Positions 13,215-25,200 of a stretch of 64,000 bases of DNA are shown here, piece by piece (within the stretch, counting starts at the first letter, position 1; every line of letters starts with the position of its first letter). Position numbers and translations under genes: made by a program. Location: the NCBI GenBank assembly GCA_016906335.1, contig JADEYG010000015.1:682001-746000 (forward strand), in the 5' to 3' direction. The notes beneath the pieces were generated by a model. The model was not told the origin of the DNA. It saw nothing but the letters and a program-made list of their open reading frames with translations, and ran no database searches. The stretch comes from Novakomyces olei (lineage: Eukaryota).

Positions 13215-13695
13215 TGGCCAGAGGCTCTGCTTGGGGCGAAAAAGAAAGAATTGTTTCAAGTCAAACTCATACAGAGATCAATAGTCGTAAGTAACTAATC
13301 GGGATTCGTGGGAGGTTTTGATCAGATTCAGACTGCCGCGCGTTAGCATAGATGCTAATGCTTTGCCGTTAAATTGACCGTACCTATTGCGCAGAAATGA
13401 ACCGTTCATTTGAATAAATATATTTTGTGAATAAACTTATTTTTGTAATAGGCAGCTGTTGGCCTATAGATTATCGCTCAGTACATGTAATAATGATACA
13501 ATTTAAGAAGTATTATATGAACTCTGACCCTGTCTGCGATTACTATTATTAATTTTTTACGTTTTATCTACTCCAAAGATTATGTCGTAATTTAATTTTG
13601 ATAGTTTTTGTTTCATACTATTCTAATTAATACGCTATTTATATTTTTGATTGTGAGCAGTTGATATCACAGAGCGTTTCGCTCACCAATGATCC

Positions 13696-14995
13696 ATGTC
13701 CTTCAGACGCAATGACGCACGCCCAAGAACGGATGCTGTACAGCGTGAAGCGGTACAGTCAGGGACTAGACTATCGCCTTGGAACGGGCAAGCGGTAACA
13801 AGCAGTGGCTGTGCTTCCTTGGACGCAGTTTTGGGAGTTGGAGGGCTTTTCCTCAATTCGATCCTGCTTGTCCAGGAATCAGCCACTACAGATTTCAGCA
13901 ATACTCTTTTACGTTATTTCGCAGCTGAAGGTTTTATGCAGGGTCATGCAGTTTTCGTAGCTCACGCACAAGGAGAGCAATGGATACATAGACTGCCAGG
14001 TTTGGCCGACAGCAAATCTGCTCGCGCTTCGGAGAAAGAGGCGCAGAAGGAGCGGGAGCAGTTGCGTATGAAAATCGCTTGGCGTTATGCTTCGCTTTCT
14101 CCGCAGACTGAAGGTAGATTTGGTAGAGATTTTGCTCTTAATTTATTGATTTATTTATTTATTTATTAATTAATTAATTATTTATTTATTTATTTATTTA
14201 GTTATTTATTTATTTATTTATTTAGTTATTTATTTGTTTATTTGTTTATTTGTTTATTTGTTTATTTGTTTATTTGTTTATTGCTTATTGTTTTAGTTTG
14301 CCGTATCTGTATATGTTTTCTTTTCTGCTCATACTCCAATACTGACGGCAGTATTTGACAATGCTCCCGAATCTTATACCCACGTTTACGATTTAACATC
14401 ATCGTTGAAATTGACGCCAGCTATGACGTACACAGTCAGCAAATCGCTTACATACTGTGCTCGAGACGAAACTTTATTCAAGCTCATTGATGAGATCAAA
14501 GTATTTATCTCGAAGCACAAAGGCCGATTGGTGCGATTAGTACTACCACAATTAATGGCGCCAGGTCTATTTAGTATAAAATTTACTGGTCTTCTGCGTT
14601 TTATTCATGCCTTACGAACCCTTGTAAAGGCAGCACCGCAAGCTTATGGTGTGAAATTGGTCTGCATGATTTCTATACCCACAATGGTCGTAGAGCGGCA
14701 AGTCCCTGCTTTAAATTGGGTGGAGCATTTGGTTGATGGTGTAGTCGAACTGGTGCCATTTCCTCCCGAAGCGGCAACCGTAGACTCCGCCGTTTCTTCG
14801 CCCCAGGGATTGCTTAAAATACACAAAACTCCTTCTTCTATGCCGTTTGACGGTACAAGCGTATTAGCTCGAGGAGAGCATGCTGGTGATCTTGCCTTCA
14901 AACAGACGCGCAGGAAATTTGGTATTGAGAGCTGGACTCTACCTCCAATGGGCGAAGAGGAAAAAGAAAATACTTCTACCGCGCTTGATTTTTAG
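13696..14995 (+). CDS. ELP4: Elongator complex subunit Elp4 (PAXNEB), 2 exons
   Basis: Motifs GTRLSP, TSSGCASLD, LLRYFAAEG, MKIAWRY, DLAFK, SWTLPP and terminal LDF*. Intron about 14114-14351. Confidence 0.9.
14145..14290. repeat. (TATT)n/(TGTTTATT)n microsatellite in the Elp4 intron
   Basis: Directly visible. Confidence 0.85.
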
Positions 14996-15506
14996 ATTAT
15001 GAATGCGTGGAATGAATGCGATTTTTTAAACGAGATGTGATGGAATGTGTGCAATAGCACATTGTAGGGTTTTGAAGAGACTGGCGTTAGAAGACTTGAA
15101 GGCAAAGCTACTATGTGTTTACCTGTTTAATAAATTGTTCATTTATTTGGTTATTTGGTTTTTGTTTAACCTACATCCGTTCAGTACAATTACTAACAAT
15201 TCTGGTAATCTGAAATTGAAAATCGTTATCGTTGAGTGTCATGCCAAAACGATGCCGAGTCTTTTGTGACTGTTCGTTATCACTGTAATCTATGTGGAAT
15301 TCAGCTGTGGATTCACATAAAAAGGTGAAGGCAACGCTCGACGCAAAAGCCGTTGAATAATGAGTGCTCTCCAAGAGCAAATGTAGCCATCAGCTAGGGC
15401 TGCCATGAAAAGACAAACGAACCCTGAGTCCTGAGAGGCAGCCAAAGTGTCCATCGACTTGCTGTTTCCCTTTCTTCTGTCTTTTTTAATTCTATTTGTT
15501 TTTGTT

Positions 15507-16325
15507 TCACGTGTTCCTCCCTTCCAATAAGTATACAGCAAGATATGAAATCCCCGCGGCAAGCCCGCCAATAACCAGTGTTTGTGCTGCAGAGAAAATA
15601 GCAGTAGTCCGTGAAGGGATGAGCAATAAAGACTTTACATATCCGAAAGCGAAAAGCGTAACGCTGGCGACTGCGATACTAACAAAAAGAGCAGTGGTAA
15701 GTGATGACAGGAATAAATAGGGAAATAATGGAATTAATCCGCCGATAAAGTATGAAGCGCCGATTGTTATACCGGAGAACAGAGCAGTACGAATCGTGGG
15801 CTTTTCGAGCCCACGTAACCCCAGAATATAGTCCACCAAGTCGTCCGAGTTTGCGCGTAAGCATTCGGCAACAGCAGTAGCGGCGCAACAGGAAATACCG
15901 TTCTCGTGTAGACTCTCGACTATCTCCCGAACACAAATTTCCTGGTCCATTTCGTACAGCTGCTCAACCGCCCGCCGTTCCGATTGATAGTGTGCATTTT
16001 CCGAGTTACCGGCCAGCCAGCCACCAGCGCCCATGGATAAGGAGCCGGCAATAAGCTCTGCCAAAGCACCAGCTACAACGATTTTATTGCTGCCGAGGGA
16101 AGAGAGTCCAGCGGCGAGGGCAAAAGGTACTTGCAGCCCGTCCGACAGGCCAATAACAATGTCGCTAATAATACGAGGGTTCTCTTTAATAATAGATCCT
16201 GCAGCCGCACTTTTTCCACTCTTCCCAGTACTGTCTGATTTGAATGAGCACTGGTCTCTTGCGCACTCTAACAGCGGACGCCGGCAATCGGGGCCGTTCG
16301 CCTCAACGCCAACCTGACTCGGCAT
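15507..16325 (-). CDS. CCC1: VIT1/CCC1 vacuolar iron/manganese transporter
   Basis: Motifs DIVIGLSDGLQVPFALAAGLS, AELIAGSLSMGAGGWLA, GGLIPLFPY, FGYVK. Confidence 0.92.
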   Translation of the reverse strand: MPSQVGVEANGPDCRRPLLECARDQCSFKSDSTGKSGKSAAAGSIIKENPRIISDIVIGLSDGLQVPFALAAGLSSLGSNKIVVAGALAELIAGSLSMGAGGWLAGNSENAHYQSERRAVEQLYEMDQEICVREIVESLHENGISCCAATAVAECLRANSDDLVDYILGLRGLEKPTIRTALFSGITIGASYFIGGLIPLFPYLFLSSLTTALFVSIAVASVTLFAFGYVKSLLLIPSRTTAIFSAAQTLVIGGLAAGISYLAVYLLEGRNT

Positions 16326-17680
16326 TCTGCTCGTGCCAATCTGTCCAAATTTTCCGCCAACGAGATCCGACAGTCGTCGACTGTAGCGTAACGGAAATCG
16401 GGTAAGGTGTGGGCGGATACAGAGTCAAATAGAATTTGGAACAGAAAACGACAAGGTGTTGTAGTCGGCCTTTGCAGTTAAGACTGAGTCAGTCCAAAGT
16501 ATTTAGTTGCTAGTCGTGTGTTGTAGACTTTTAGTCTCCCTACTCTCTACAAAGCTTCTTGTAGAATTCTAAACTGCTGCTGCTCATATATTATTCTTTA
16601 TCATATGAATCTTTTGGACGCGACGTATATACTATATACGAGCGCTGCGATTGGCCAGAACGCTGTCAAAAGTGGGAATTATTCCGCTTCGCACCTTATT
16701 CTCAGACTGATTAGGTAATATGTCTCCACGCAGCGATCTCTGTACAATGTTTCCATTGCGAATGAGAATAAGACTGATTATTCCTCAACAATTACTGAGG
16801 AAATGATTGGACGCTGCGCTCACTAACACGTGCATGGCGGAGCAGGAAATTGGAGATACCGTGAAAACAATTGTACAAAAGATTTTGGATAATAGTGTAA
16901 TAGTAATGCATGCATGCTATTCGCTATCTTTAGCTATTGCTCCAAACCCTGCGGATTTTTTATTTCATCTATCTATATATTTTTGGATGTATAAAAATTA
17001 TAAAGCTTTTGTGCTTAAAGTACCGTTTGCTTTGGGTGACGTCTGTCATTCAATTAACCCCTGTCACTGAGCATCAAACATTCGATACTTGATGGCAAAT
17101 CTACTACAATTTATATTTAACAATACACATATGATGATATATGATGATAGTTGATGATATGTAGGATATCACGATCCAAACATTAGAAGTTAAAAATAAC
17201 CACATTCCCAATCTTTTTGACTTGGATGCAAATGGAATGCCTTTGGTAGCCGATAACAATTCACTACACACAGGTTTCGTTTTGTCCATAGCGTGCATAA
17301 TAAGGCAACACCGTCTTTCTACGGATTATGGTGCAAAGAATGTGGATATTGTATATGCATGAATTAATTCTAATTTACAAAGTCTATGCTGCGCGTTCAG
17401 TGGAGGATTGTTTGTCCACGCGCTGCAAACATTTAATCAGCGTATGATGAGCCTAATATTTGGAATACAGGAAAGGCGTCCGATCTCTTTGATCGCTTTC
17501 GCTCTAAAAGCTCTTTGAATTCAACACAAAACACATTGAGAATCGCAGAGGAATACGGCTGGTATGTGAATAAAACACGCAATATTAGGGTTAAGGTAAA
17601 GCAAAATCTCAATCCTCATATACAATGGCGATATTAATAAAAATAATAATTATACGCTGGCAATAATCAATGACGTCCCC

Positions 17681-18941
17681 ATGTCTGGCACAGTGCTTAC
17701 GGTAGGATTCCCGAGCGAGCAGTTCTTATTAGGCATAGATCTGTCAGTAATTGCACGGAAGAAAAACACGTCATCATCTCACCGCATTGATGGATTTCGC
17801 AACGTCCCGTTCGGAGTTCATCTGATATACTATGCAGTTATCGGTGCCGGCAAAGATGTGTCTGCTGACGCAACAGGAATACGCAGTGGCACATGGATCA
17901 TTGTTGATCCCAGTCGCCCACAGGCTGAATTACAGTGGGATTCTACTGCAGAAATGCTGATCTTATCAAAGGAAGAGGAAACTGTTTCAGAAAATTTGCA
18001 TCTACTTGATTATCCATTTGAAGACAATAAGCAATGGCGCTCGCTTTCAGATGAAATAACAGCGCCATTATTGACTCGTATATTCTCTGAAATGCCGGAT
18101 TGGACTTTTGATTCCGGAACAGACGCAAATATCGAGAGCAATAGTGAACCTCCTCGGTTACATTGGAGCGAATTTGACACCCGACACTCTTTCGCGACTG
18201 GTGCCAAAGGTGCGACGCTTACAGAACAGATGCTTGACAAGACGTGGCTGCTACAAGACAAAATTGACTTTTACTGTAAAGGGGATGCATTGCAAATTAT
18301 TGGTGAGCTACAGCTAGCTTTTCTGACTCTATACTTGGTCTCGAATTTTTCTGGAGCATTGCAATGGCGCCGCCTTGTGCGACTATTAGCAATGTCGAAT
18401 CGAGCTATGACCGAGCTGCCTGCTCTATATGTAAAGTTTTTTGGTAGGGTCATTGCTACGCATTAATGTCTAATTCATTCTCATGCTAATTCTGATTCTA
18501 AATTTAATTTTGATTTGAATTTCATTTTCATTTTCATTTATTTTATCTCATTTTGTTTTCCACATTGCTATTTTATACACAAATCTAACTCGTGCTGCAG
18601 ATACTCTAGAGGCAGAAATAGCAACGTGCCCACGCGATGTCTTTCTCGATGTATTACAAGAAGCCGGCTTTATGCAAGGCGCAATGCTGCGAATGATAAG
18701 AAACTCTGAAGATTCAGGACTGGGTGAAGATGATTCTCCCGCGCGTGCCTTACAAGCCAGACTTGTCCAGCTGTGTGCATTTGTGCAACATCGCCTGGGA
18801 CTTGTTTTAAATTTAACGGCACAAGAAGTGCAAGATGAGTGGGACGGTGATAGTGACGAAGACAATGATGATGGCGAGATTAATGTCGACGACCCCGAGC
18901 GAGAAACTGGAGAGTACGCTCCGGTAATTGTGGATATTTGA
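17681..18941 (+). CDS. AAR2: U5 snRNP assembly factor Aar2, 2 exons
   Basis: Motifs GIDL, GFRNVPFGVH, LDKTWLL, IIGELQLAFL, and acidic end GEYAPVIVDI*. Intron about 18444-18600. Confidence 0.88.
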
Positions 18942-19393
18942 AATGTAAATAGCGACCAATGAAAAATAGCAAAAGAACGGTGTTTGATTATGGTACAAAC
19001 AGGGTGCATAACAGCAGCAGTGAGTACGTAGAATGGTAATTGGATGCATGACACATAATGAGATGTGCACATAATTACATCATGACTAACGTACTGGTGA
19101 TGCCAGCAAGATCAGATATTTATTGTCTATAATAATGCCATCCTATATTTGGCCACGCCAACACCAACAACGACTACATACTACCGTTTCCCTATAGTGA
19201 AGTTTGAATAAAAGTTCATTTCAGAGTGAATATCAATTCAATGCACAATTATGAAATCTACGCCCAACTGCAGTTAAAAAGCGTTTGGCATACATTCACA
19301 AAAGATCCCGATGGTTGGGAAAATCCGGCAAACCTGCAATTGATTTATATTGCCTCAGTTTCCCCAACGGACCCGTCCTTGCATGTCGTCCAT

Positions 19394-19756
19394 CTATGCC
19401 ACCTGCTTAGCCAGCATATTAGGGTTAATCTTTTTGCCGTCGCGGTTGTAGCGAGCACGGACGGGCGGTGTGCGGACGCGGCGGCCGACGCGTGAGCGGA
19501 CACGGACAATATGGCCGTGGATAGCGCAAGAGACGCAATAGCTCTGCTTCAAGTAGAGCTTTGGCAGGGCGTACTCTTGGTACACTGAAGCGTCCGAAAT
19601 ATCACGAATAGCTGCCGACTCCACCATGTTGCGGACAGTGAAACGCTTGATCGCTTTGTCCTTCGGAACCATGCGAGAGCAATTCGAGCAGCGGATGTTC
19701 ATAGTATGGCCGCGGCCCTTCTTGTTGCGACCATGATTTCTGCGCTTGACGGTCAT
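19394..19756 (-). CDS. RPS26: 40S ribosomal protein S26 (eS26)
   Basis: Motifs [17 protein letters not shown] and YCVSCAIH; intronless. Confidence 0.98.
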   Translation of the reverse strand: MTVKRRNHGRNKKGRGHTMNIRCSNCSRMVPKDKAIKRFTVRNMVESAAIRDISDASVYQEYALPKLYLKQSYCVSCAIHGHIVRVRSRVGRRVRTPPVRARYNRDGKKINPNMLAKQVA

Positions 19757-19871
19757 CTTTGTCGATAGTGTCTAGTTGTTGTGGCCTCAGGTTTGTCTAT
19801 AGTTGTACTATTCGTGACGTGTAGGGTTGAGCCCTATGACCAGGCCATACCCAGGCCATTATCGCGTTTAT

Positions 19872-19912
19872 TACATACGTACATACATACATACATGCAT
19901 ACATACATACAT
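19872..19912. repeat. (ACAT)n microsatellite
   Basis: Directly visible. Confidence 0.8.
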
Positions 19913-20308
19913 AAGGAACGCGTATGTATACGAGTAATAAAATAATATTAGTTTAATACTCATGAAATTTAATACTAATGAACTTAATACTATGAAATTT
20001 AATACTTTGATAAAACGCCAGAGCCAGCGTGTCTCGATTAGCAAACGGAGGCTCAAGGAAGCGTCTAAACCAAAAGTCAAGTCCGGGACAGATAGGACAA
20101 GGCTTATAGTTAAGAATAGACTATAGTATTATAACGCTCCATTCCACCCTCAAGACTTTTATTGAATATGCACGTAGCGCTCTACTGTCTCGACCGGTCG
20201 GTCTTTGGACCCTACAACAATCCTTTGCCGTCAAATCTACTCTTGGACTACGAGACACTTGTAGCCGGCTCCATTAAACCCAATCATATGCATTAAGAGT
20301 TCAATAAA

Positions 20309-20737
<429 letters not shown>

Positions 20738-20817
20738 CTTGCCGACGACAACTCGTTCAATGCTTTGTGTGCGTGGTTGTGTGGTGTATACACTCACCAT
20801 ATTCCTCAGTATATGAA

Positions 20818-20858
20818 AGGTTAGGGTATACCCTACCCTAATTTATCCTCGAGTCACA
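20818..20858. promoter_or_regulatory. Bidirectional RP promoter: back-to-back Homol E boxes plus Homol D-like box
   Basis: AGGTTAGGGT 20818-20827, ACCCTACCCT 20830-20839, GAGTCACA 20851-20858 (S. pombe Homol D is CAGTCACA). Confidence 0.7.
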
Positions 20859-20927
20859 TTATATGCAATACACAATATTATCGATAATAAACAATACTGT
20901 GGTTTGTAGCAGAGAATACGAGTCAAT

Positions 20928-21350
20928 ATGCCGGTTGAACACACAAACGACGGCTTCAAGCGCTATGTACAGGTCGGCCGTGTCGCCATGTTCACTCGCG
21001 GCCCACACACAGGAGCCTTGGTAGTGATTGTCGACATTGTGAACCACCGATCTGCATTGGTGGACTCGCCATTGCGTGATTCACGTGTCCCCCGGCAGGT
21101 GGCCAACTTTAACGATCTTACACTCACGCCTATCGTTATCGCAAAGTTCCCGCGCGGTGCCCGCTCTGGTGTTGTCACAAAGAAATGGGCCGCTGCTGGA
21201 GTGGACGAGAAGTGGAGCTCTTCCGCTTGGGCCAAGAAGCTGGCTGCCCGTGAGACCCGTGCGTCTCTGAACGATTTCGAGCGATTTCAGTTGCTGCGCG
21301 CCAAAAAACAGCGCCGGTTCATCGTTAACAAGCAATTGGCTAAGGCCTAG
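20928..21350 (+). CDS. RPL14: 60S ribosomal protein L14 (eL14)
   Basis: Motifs GFKRYVQVGRV, VIVDIV, LNDFERF; intronless. Confidence 0.97.
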   Translation: MPVEHTNDGFKRYVQVGRVAMFTRGPHTGALVVIVDIVNHRSALVDSPLRDSRVPRQVANFNDLTLTPIVIAKFPRGARSGVVTKKWAAAGVDEKWSSSAWAKKLAARETRASLNDFERFQLLRAKKQRRFIVNKQLAKA

Positions 21351-21399
21351 ACTTTTTCATATTGCGCTAAATTCGGTTTTGCACACGGATGGCCCTTGC

Positions 21400-21900
21400 A
21401 ATGATTCCCGCATGCTGCTGTGCCGGTGAAGCCGGCGGCAGATTATATACGGTTTTGCTCTTTTCCGTAGTAAGACGTATACTCTTACATGCTTTATCTC
21501 CCAACCTTTAGGGATTGTAGATTTTGGATCTATGTAGTAGGCGAGGACTGACAGAGTGGTGACTAGAAAAGTGGTGACTACTTGCTGCCATGACGGCTCG
21601 CTTGTGTGCTTTTTGGATGCAAATAAAAGCATCACCATACGGTACCACACCTCTTTAGAATGCCTGAACCGGTCTGTGCTTGGAAGTTGACCGTCAAAAA
21701 TTGTAGAATGATGTAGAGTTAGTTCGCCCTCGTTTTGAATTACGGGCAAGCGCAACGAGTTTTGTTTACCAATAATTATTGTAAGCAAAATTTAGGGTTA
21801 GTCAGGGTTAACAATGGTAGTGAGGGCTATTCAAAGGGACCTGATAACTCTGATATAGCCAATTTCTAGGAGACGTATGTTTTTACTGCCCGCTGCAAAT
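21400..21900 (-). ncRNA. Candidate structured noncoding RNA (possible telomerase RNA)
   Basis: Minus-strand TATA boxes, CUAACCCUAA motif, multiple hairpins, Sm-like site, no credible ORF. See findings. Confidence 0.25.
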
Positions 21901-22203
21901 TTGCTTTATATTATGTACTGTATATATTCTTTTATACAATAATATCCACTCATATAATGCTATGGTCAGATGCGGTTAGTAGCGATTATCAAAATAAATA
22001 ATTATCACTATTTGACTCCAGATTCGCGATTAACTCCACAGTTAATCGCAAATGGTGTGACGAGCGGCCATTGTCCAACGCCATGAAAACCGACGGCAAT
22101 TAGTGCGCATATAGCTAATAAATGTGGCGTGCAGACTTTTAACGTCACAGTTTGGCGTTTTAATTGAAAGAGTTGTCGGCTCAAGGATCAAGAGCGAGCC
22201 AAA

Positions 22204-25200
22204 ATGAGCAACGGCCGCTCGCAAAGTCTGCGATCCAATCTGCTCACTTTTAGATCGCCCGGGCGAACAGGTCATAGTTCAAGCGCGTTTGAAACTTTTT
22301 CTGCTTCGGATTTTGACAAATGGCTCTCGCGTATCCGCAATACTGCGGAGGCGGCGAAGCAGCAAGTGCGCGACGCCGATGACAAGTTTCGTCGGGAAGA
22401 AGAGCAGCAGCAGTGGCGCGAAAAGGCAGGATCAACGCCTTTATTTATCCTGAGACCGGTAGAGCTATCCTTGAATGGACAGGAAGTACCGGATTCCTCG
22501 CCCCTGCTTCCAAAGACTCAGCCAAGAGAAACTCAAAAGGCCATTTTGTCACGTTCTGCATCAGAGTCAGACGAAGATTTAGTCGTTTTAGACGATAGCG
22601 ATAGTGAAAACGCTGTTTCTGATCGCAAAGAGGAGGAGAATGATGAAATGAACAGTGAAATTGATCATTTCAATGATGAAATGGAACAATCTGAGCAAGA
22701 ATATACTTTTGAAATTGATCAAGTAGATGATGGCAAATCGAGTGAGGTCGAAAGCGAAGATGCAATGGCTGAAGATTATGAGCAACAGGATTATGATGAA
22801 CAGGATTATGATGAACAAGACTACGATGAACGGGCTGAAAGCAGATCACTGGCTGGCGAGGAAGGCCCTGCTGAAGGTGATTTTGGGCACCAGACAAAGA
22901 CTGGAACAGGGCGAGTCGACAAGGATGAAAACGATGACTCTTACGGCGCTTCTTCTCCTGGCTCTGAGAAATCTGGGTCCGACCAATATCGTGATGATTT
23001 AGACGACGCTGGCAATGGCTTGGATCACAAGTTTACGTATGCCTCGTCCCGGGAGGAGAGTGAAGGCAATGAATCAGAGAACGATGGATATTTCGAGGAG
23101 GGGTCTAGAAGCGATTCTGGTCATGACAGCGTCTCGTACGAAGAGGAAAGCGAGACTCGTAATTCAGACCGTTACGATGGTCGATCAAGGTATTCTACTT
23201 GGGAGCAAGGCAAAGGCGCGGAGTATGAAGTGGCTGAAGATAGCGAACATGACGACGAACAAGATGATGAGGGATATAAGAATTATGACAGGGATGAAGA
23301 AAGAGTCTATGAGCAAGATGAAGAAGATGAAGGAGAAGAGGAGGAAGGACCCGGTTACGAAGGGAAAGACAGGCATCAAGATGAGTTTGAGTATGGTTAT
23401 GAAGAAGAGGCCAAATTGGAAGCAAAAGACGAGCAAGATGAAGACGAGCAAGATGAATATGGAGTAGAGCCAATTGAACTCGGTAAAGAAGAAGGGACGT
23501 CTTACACGAGAGAAAGCTCTAATGATCAGGTGCAGAGCGGCAAAGAATCAAAAGATGGCAACAAGTATCATGTTATTGACGACTCTGACGATGAGTCTGA
23601 GCCTCGATCGTATAGCGCACGTGAGGAGGAAGACCACTCAAACTTTGAGGACTTTCAAAGCTCTGAGGGAAAAAACCGGACTGCAGTATTTGGCCTAGAG
23701 TACATGGACGATAAGGGGTACGTGGGCGGAGATTTGTACGGCAACGGCATCCTGCCCAAAGGCCCTGCAAATGAGAATGGCAGTACAAATGAGAATGGCC
23801 CTGCAAATGAGAATGGCACTACAAATGAGAATGGCACTACAAATGAGAATGACAGTGCAGCGGAAAAGCATCTAGATGCGAGCAGTAAAGAGACCCGGGT
23901 TGGCCAGCAAACCAGCAGTGCCACACAAGGCAGTACGTTCCCCGCACATGGCCAAGACGGCGATGGCAATTTGGCGCACGGGTCCGTGTTCAAGCCGATT
24001 AATACTCAATCGGAAACGGACCCCACTGCCACTGATGAGCAGGGCCAACCCAGGGCACAAGTGGGCGAAAACGGGTCTATTGGAGACGGCTCCAAGGCCG
24101 GAGCAGATTACAATATAGTCAAATTTCTGACTTGTGATTTCCCTGCTCACAGTGCACACTTCCACTCTGGCGGGTTCTTTGATCCTTTACAGCACATGGA
24201 CGACTCTGGCGGCTCCGTCTGGCCGATCCCTCAGCCTCAGCCTCAGCCGGACAGTGTCCACAGCGTCCACAGCGTCGACGACCAGCACAACAGGCTGCTC
24301 TCCTTTACCGACGCTGTCCTTTCTGCGTCACAGCACCAAGTGCCAAACGATGAAGGCAGCAGTGAGCATTCGTCTTTGCCTCTAGTGACCCCACAACTCG
24401 AGTTTCCACCGCTAACAGAGCAAGAGCTTGGCCAGGCACAGTACACGGCAGACGACGAGTCAGAAACAAGCTCCTCTGCAAGTGTACTTGACGCGTCTGT
24501 ACCAAACAGCCCTCGGCCAGACGAATCTCTGCAACAAGATAGGGACAGGGCACAAGGCAGAGGCCAAGACCTCGAGGGACTTGTACTAGCCTATGGCCAA
24601 GACTGTGCCGGCACAGTCTTGGCTCTGCAGGATCCAGTCAAAGAGCCCAACAGCTCTCTCAATAGCACTATCAACAGCACTATCAACAGCACTATCAAAA
24701 GCTCTTTCAAAAGCACTCTCGAACGGGACACGGGCAGTATCCCCATCCCAGTAGCAAACGGCAGGGCTGATTCCATTATTGCTCCTGATCAACAGGCAAA
24801 CCTGCCACTCACTACCGACGGACCACAGTCTGATCAAGGGAGCATGGCAAACGACGGCCGAGTACTCGAGCGCTTTGAAAGAGACAAAAGCTCTGAGCAA
24901 GTGGCAGAGAAGAGCGAGACCGAACCTGCTCCACCACTCACCGAGTCTATTGGGCCTATTGAGTCTATTGGGCCTATTGAGTCTATTGGGTCTATTGAGT
25001 CTATTGGGCCTATTGAGTCTATTGGGCCTATGGGGCCTATTGGGTCTATTGAGCCTATTGAGGCCTCAAGAGACGGTATTAAAGCAGACGAGAGCAGCGT
25101 GAAACGGGTCAGACGGAGCAGTTTCCGTGCGAGTGGTGAATCGCCTCTCACAGACAGGAGCTCAGTACAGATTGTAGTGCGCAATACAGGGCAGTTGCAC

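Noticed and set aside
21357..21788. 143-aa minus-strand ORF
   Set aside because: TTG start, no recognizable domain, and it runs into the RPL14 3' end.
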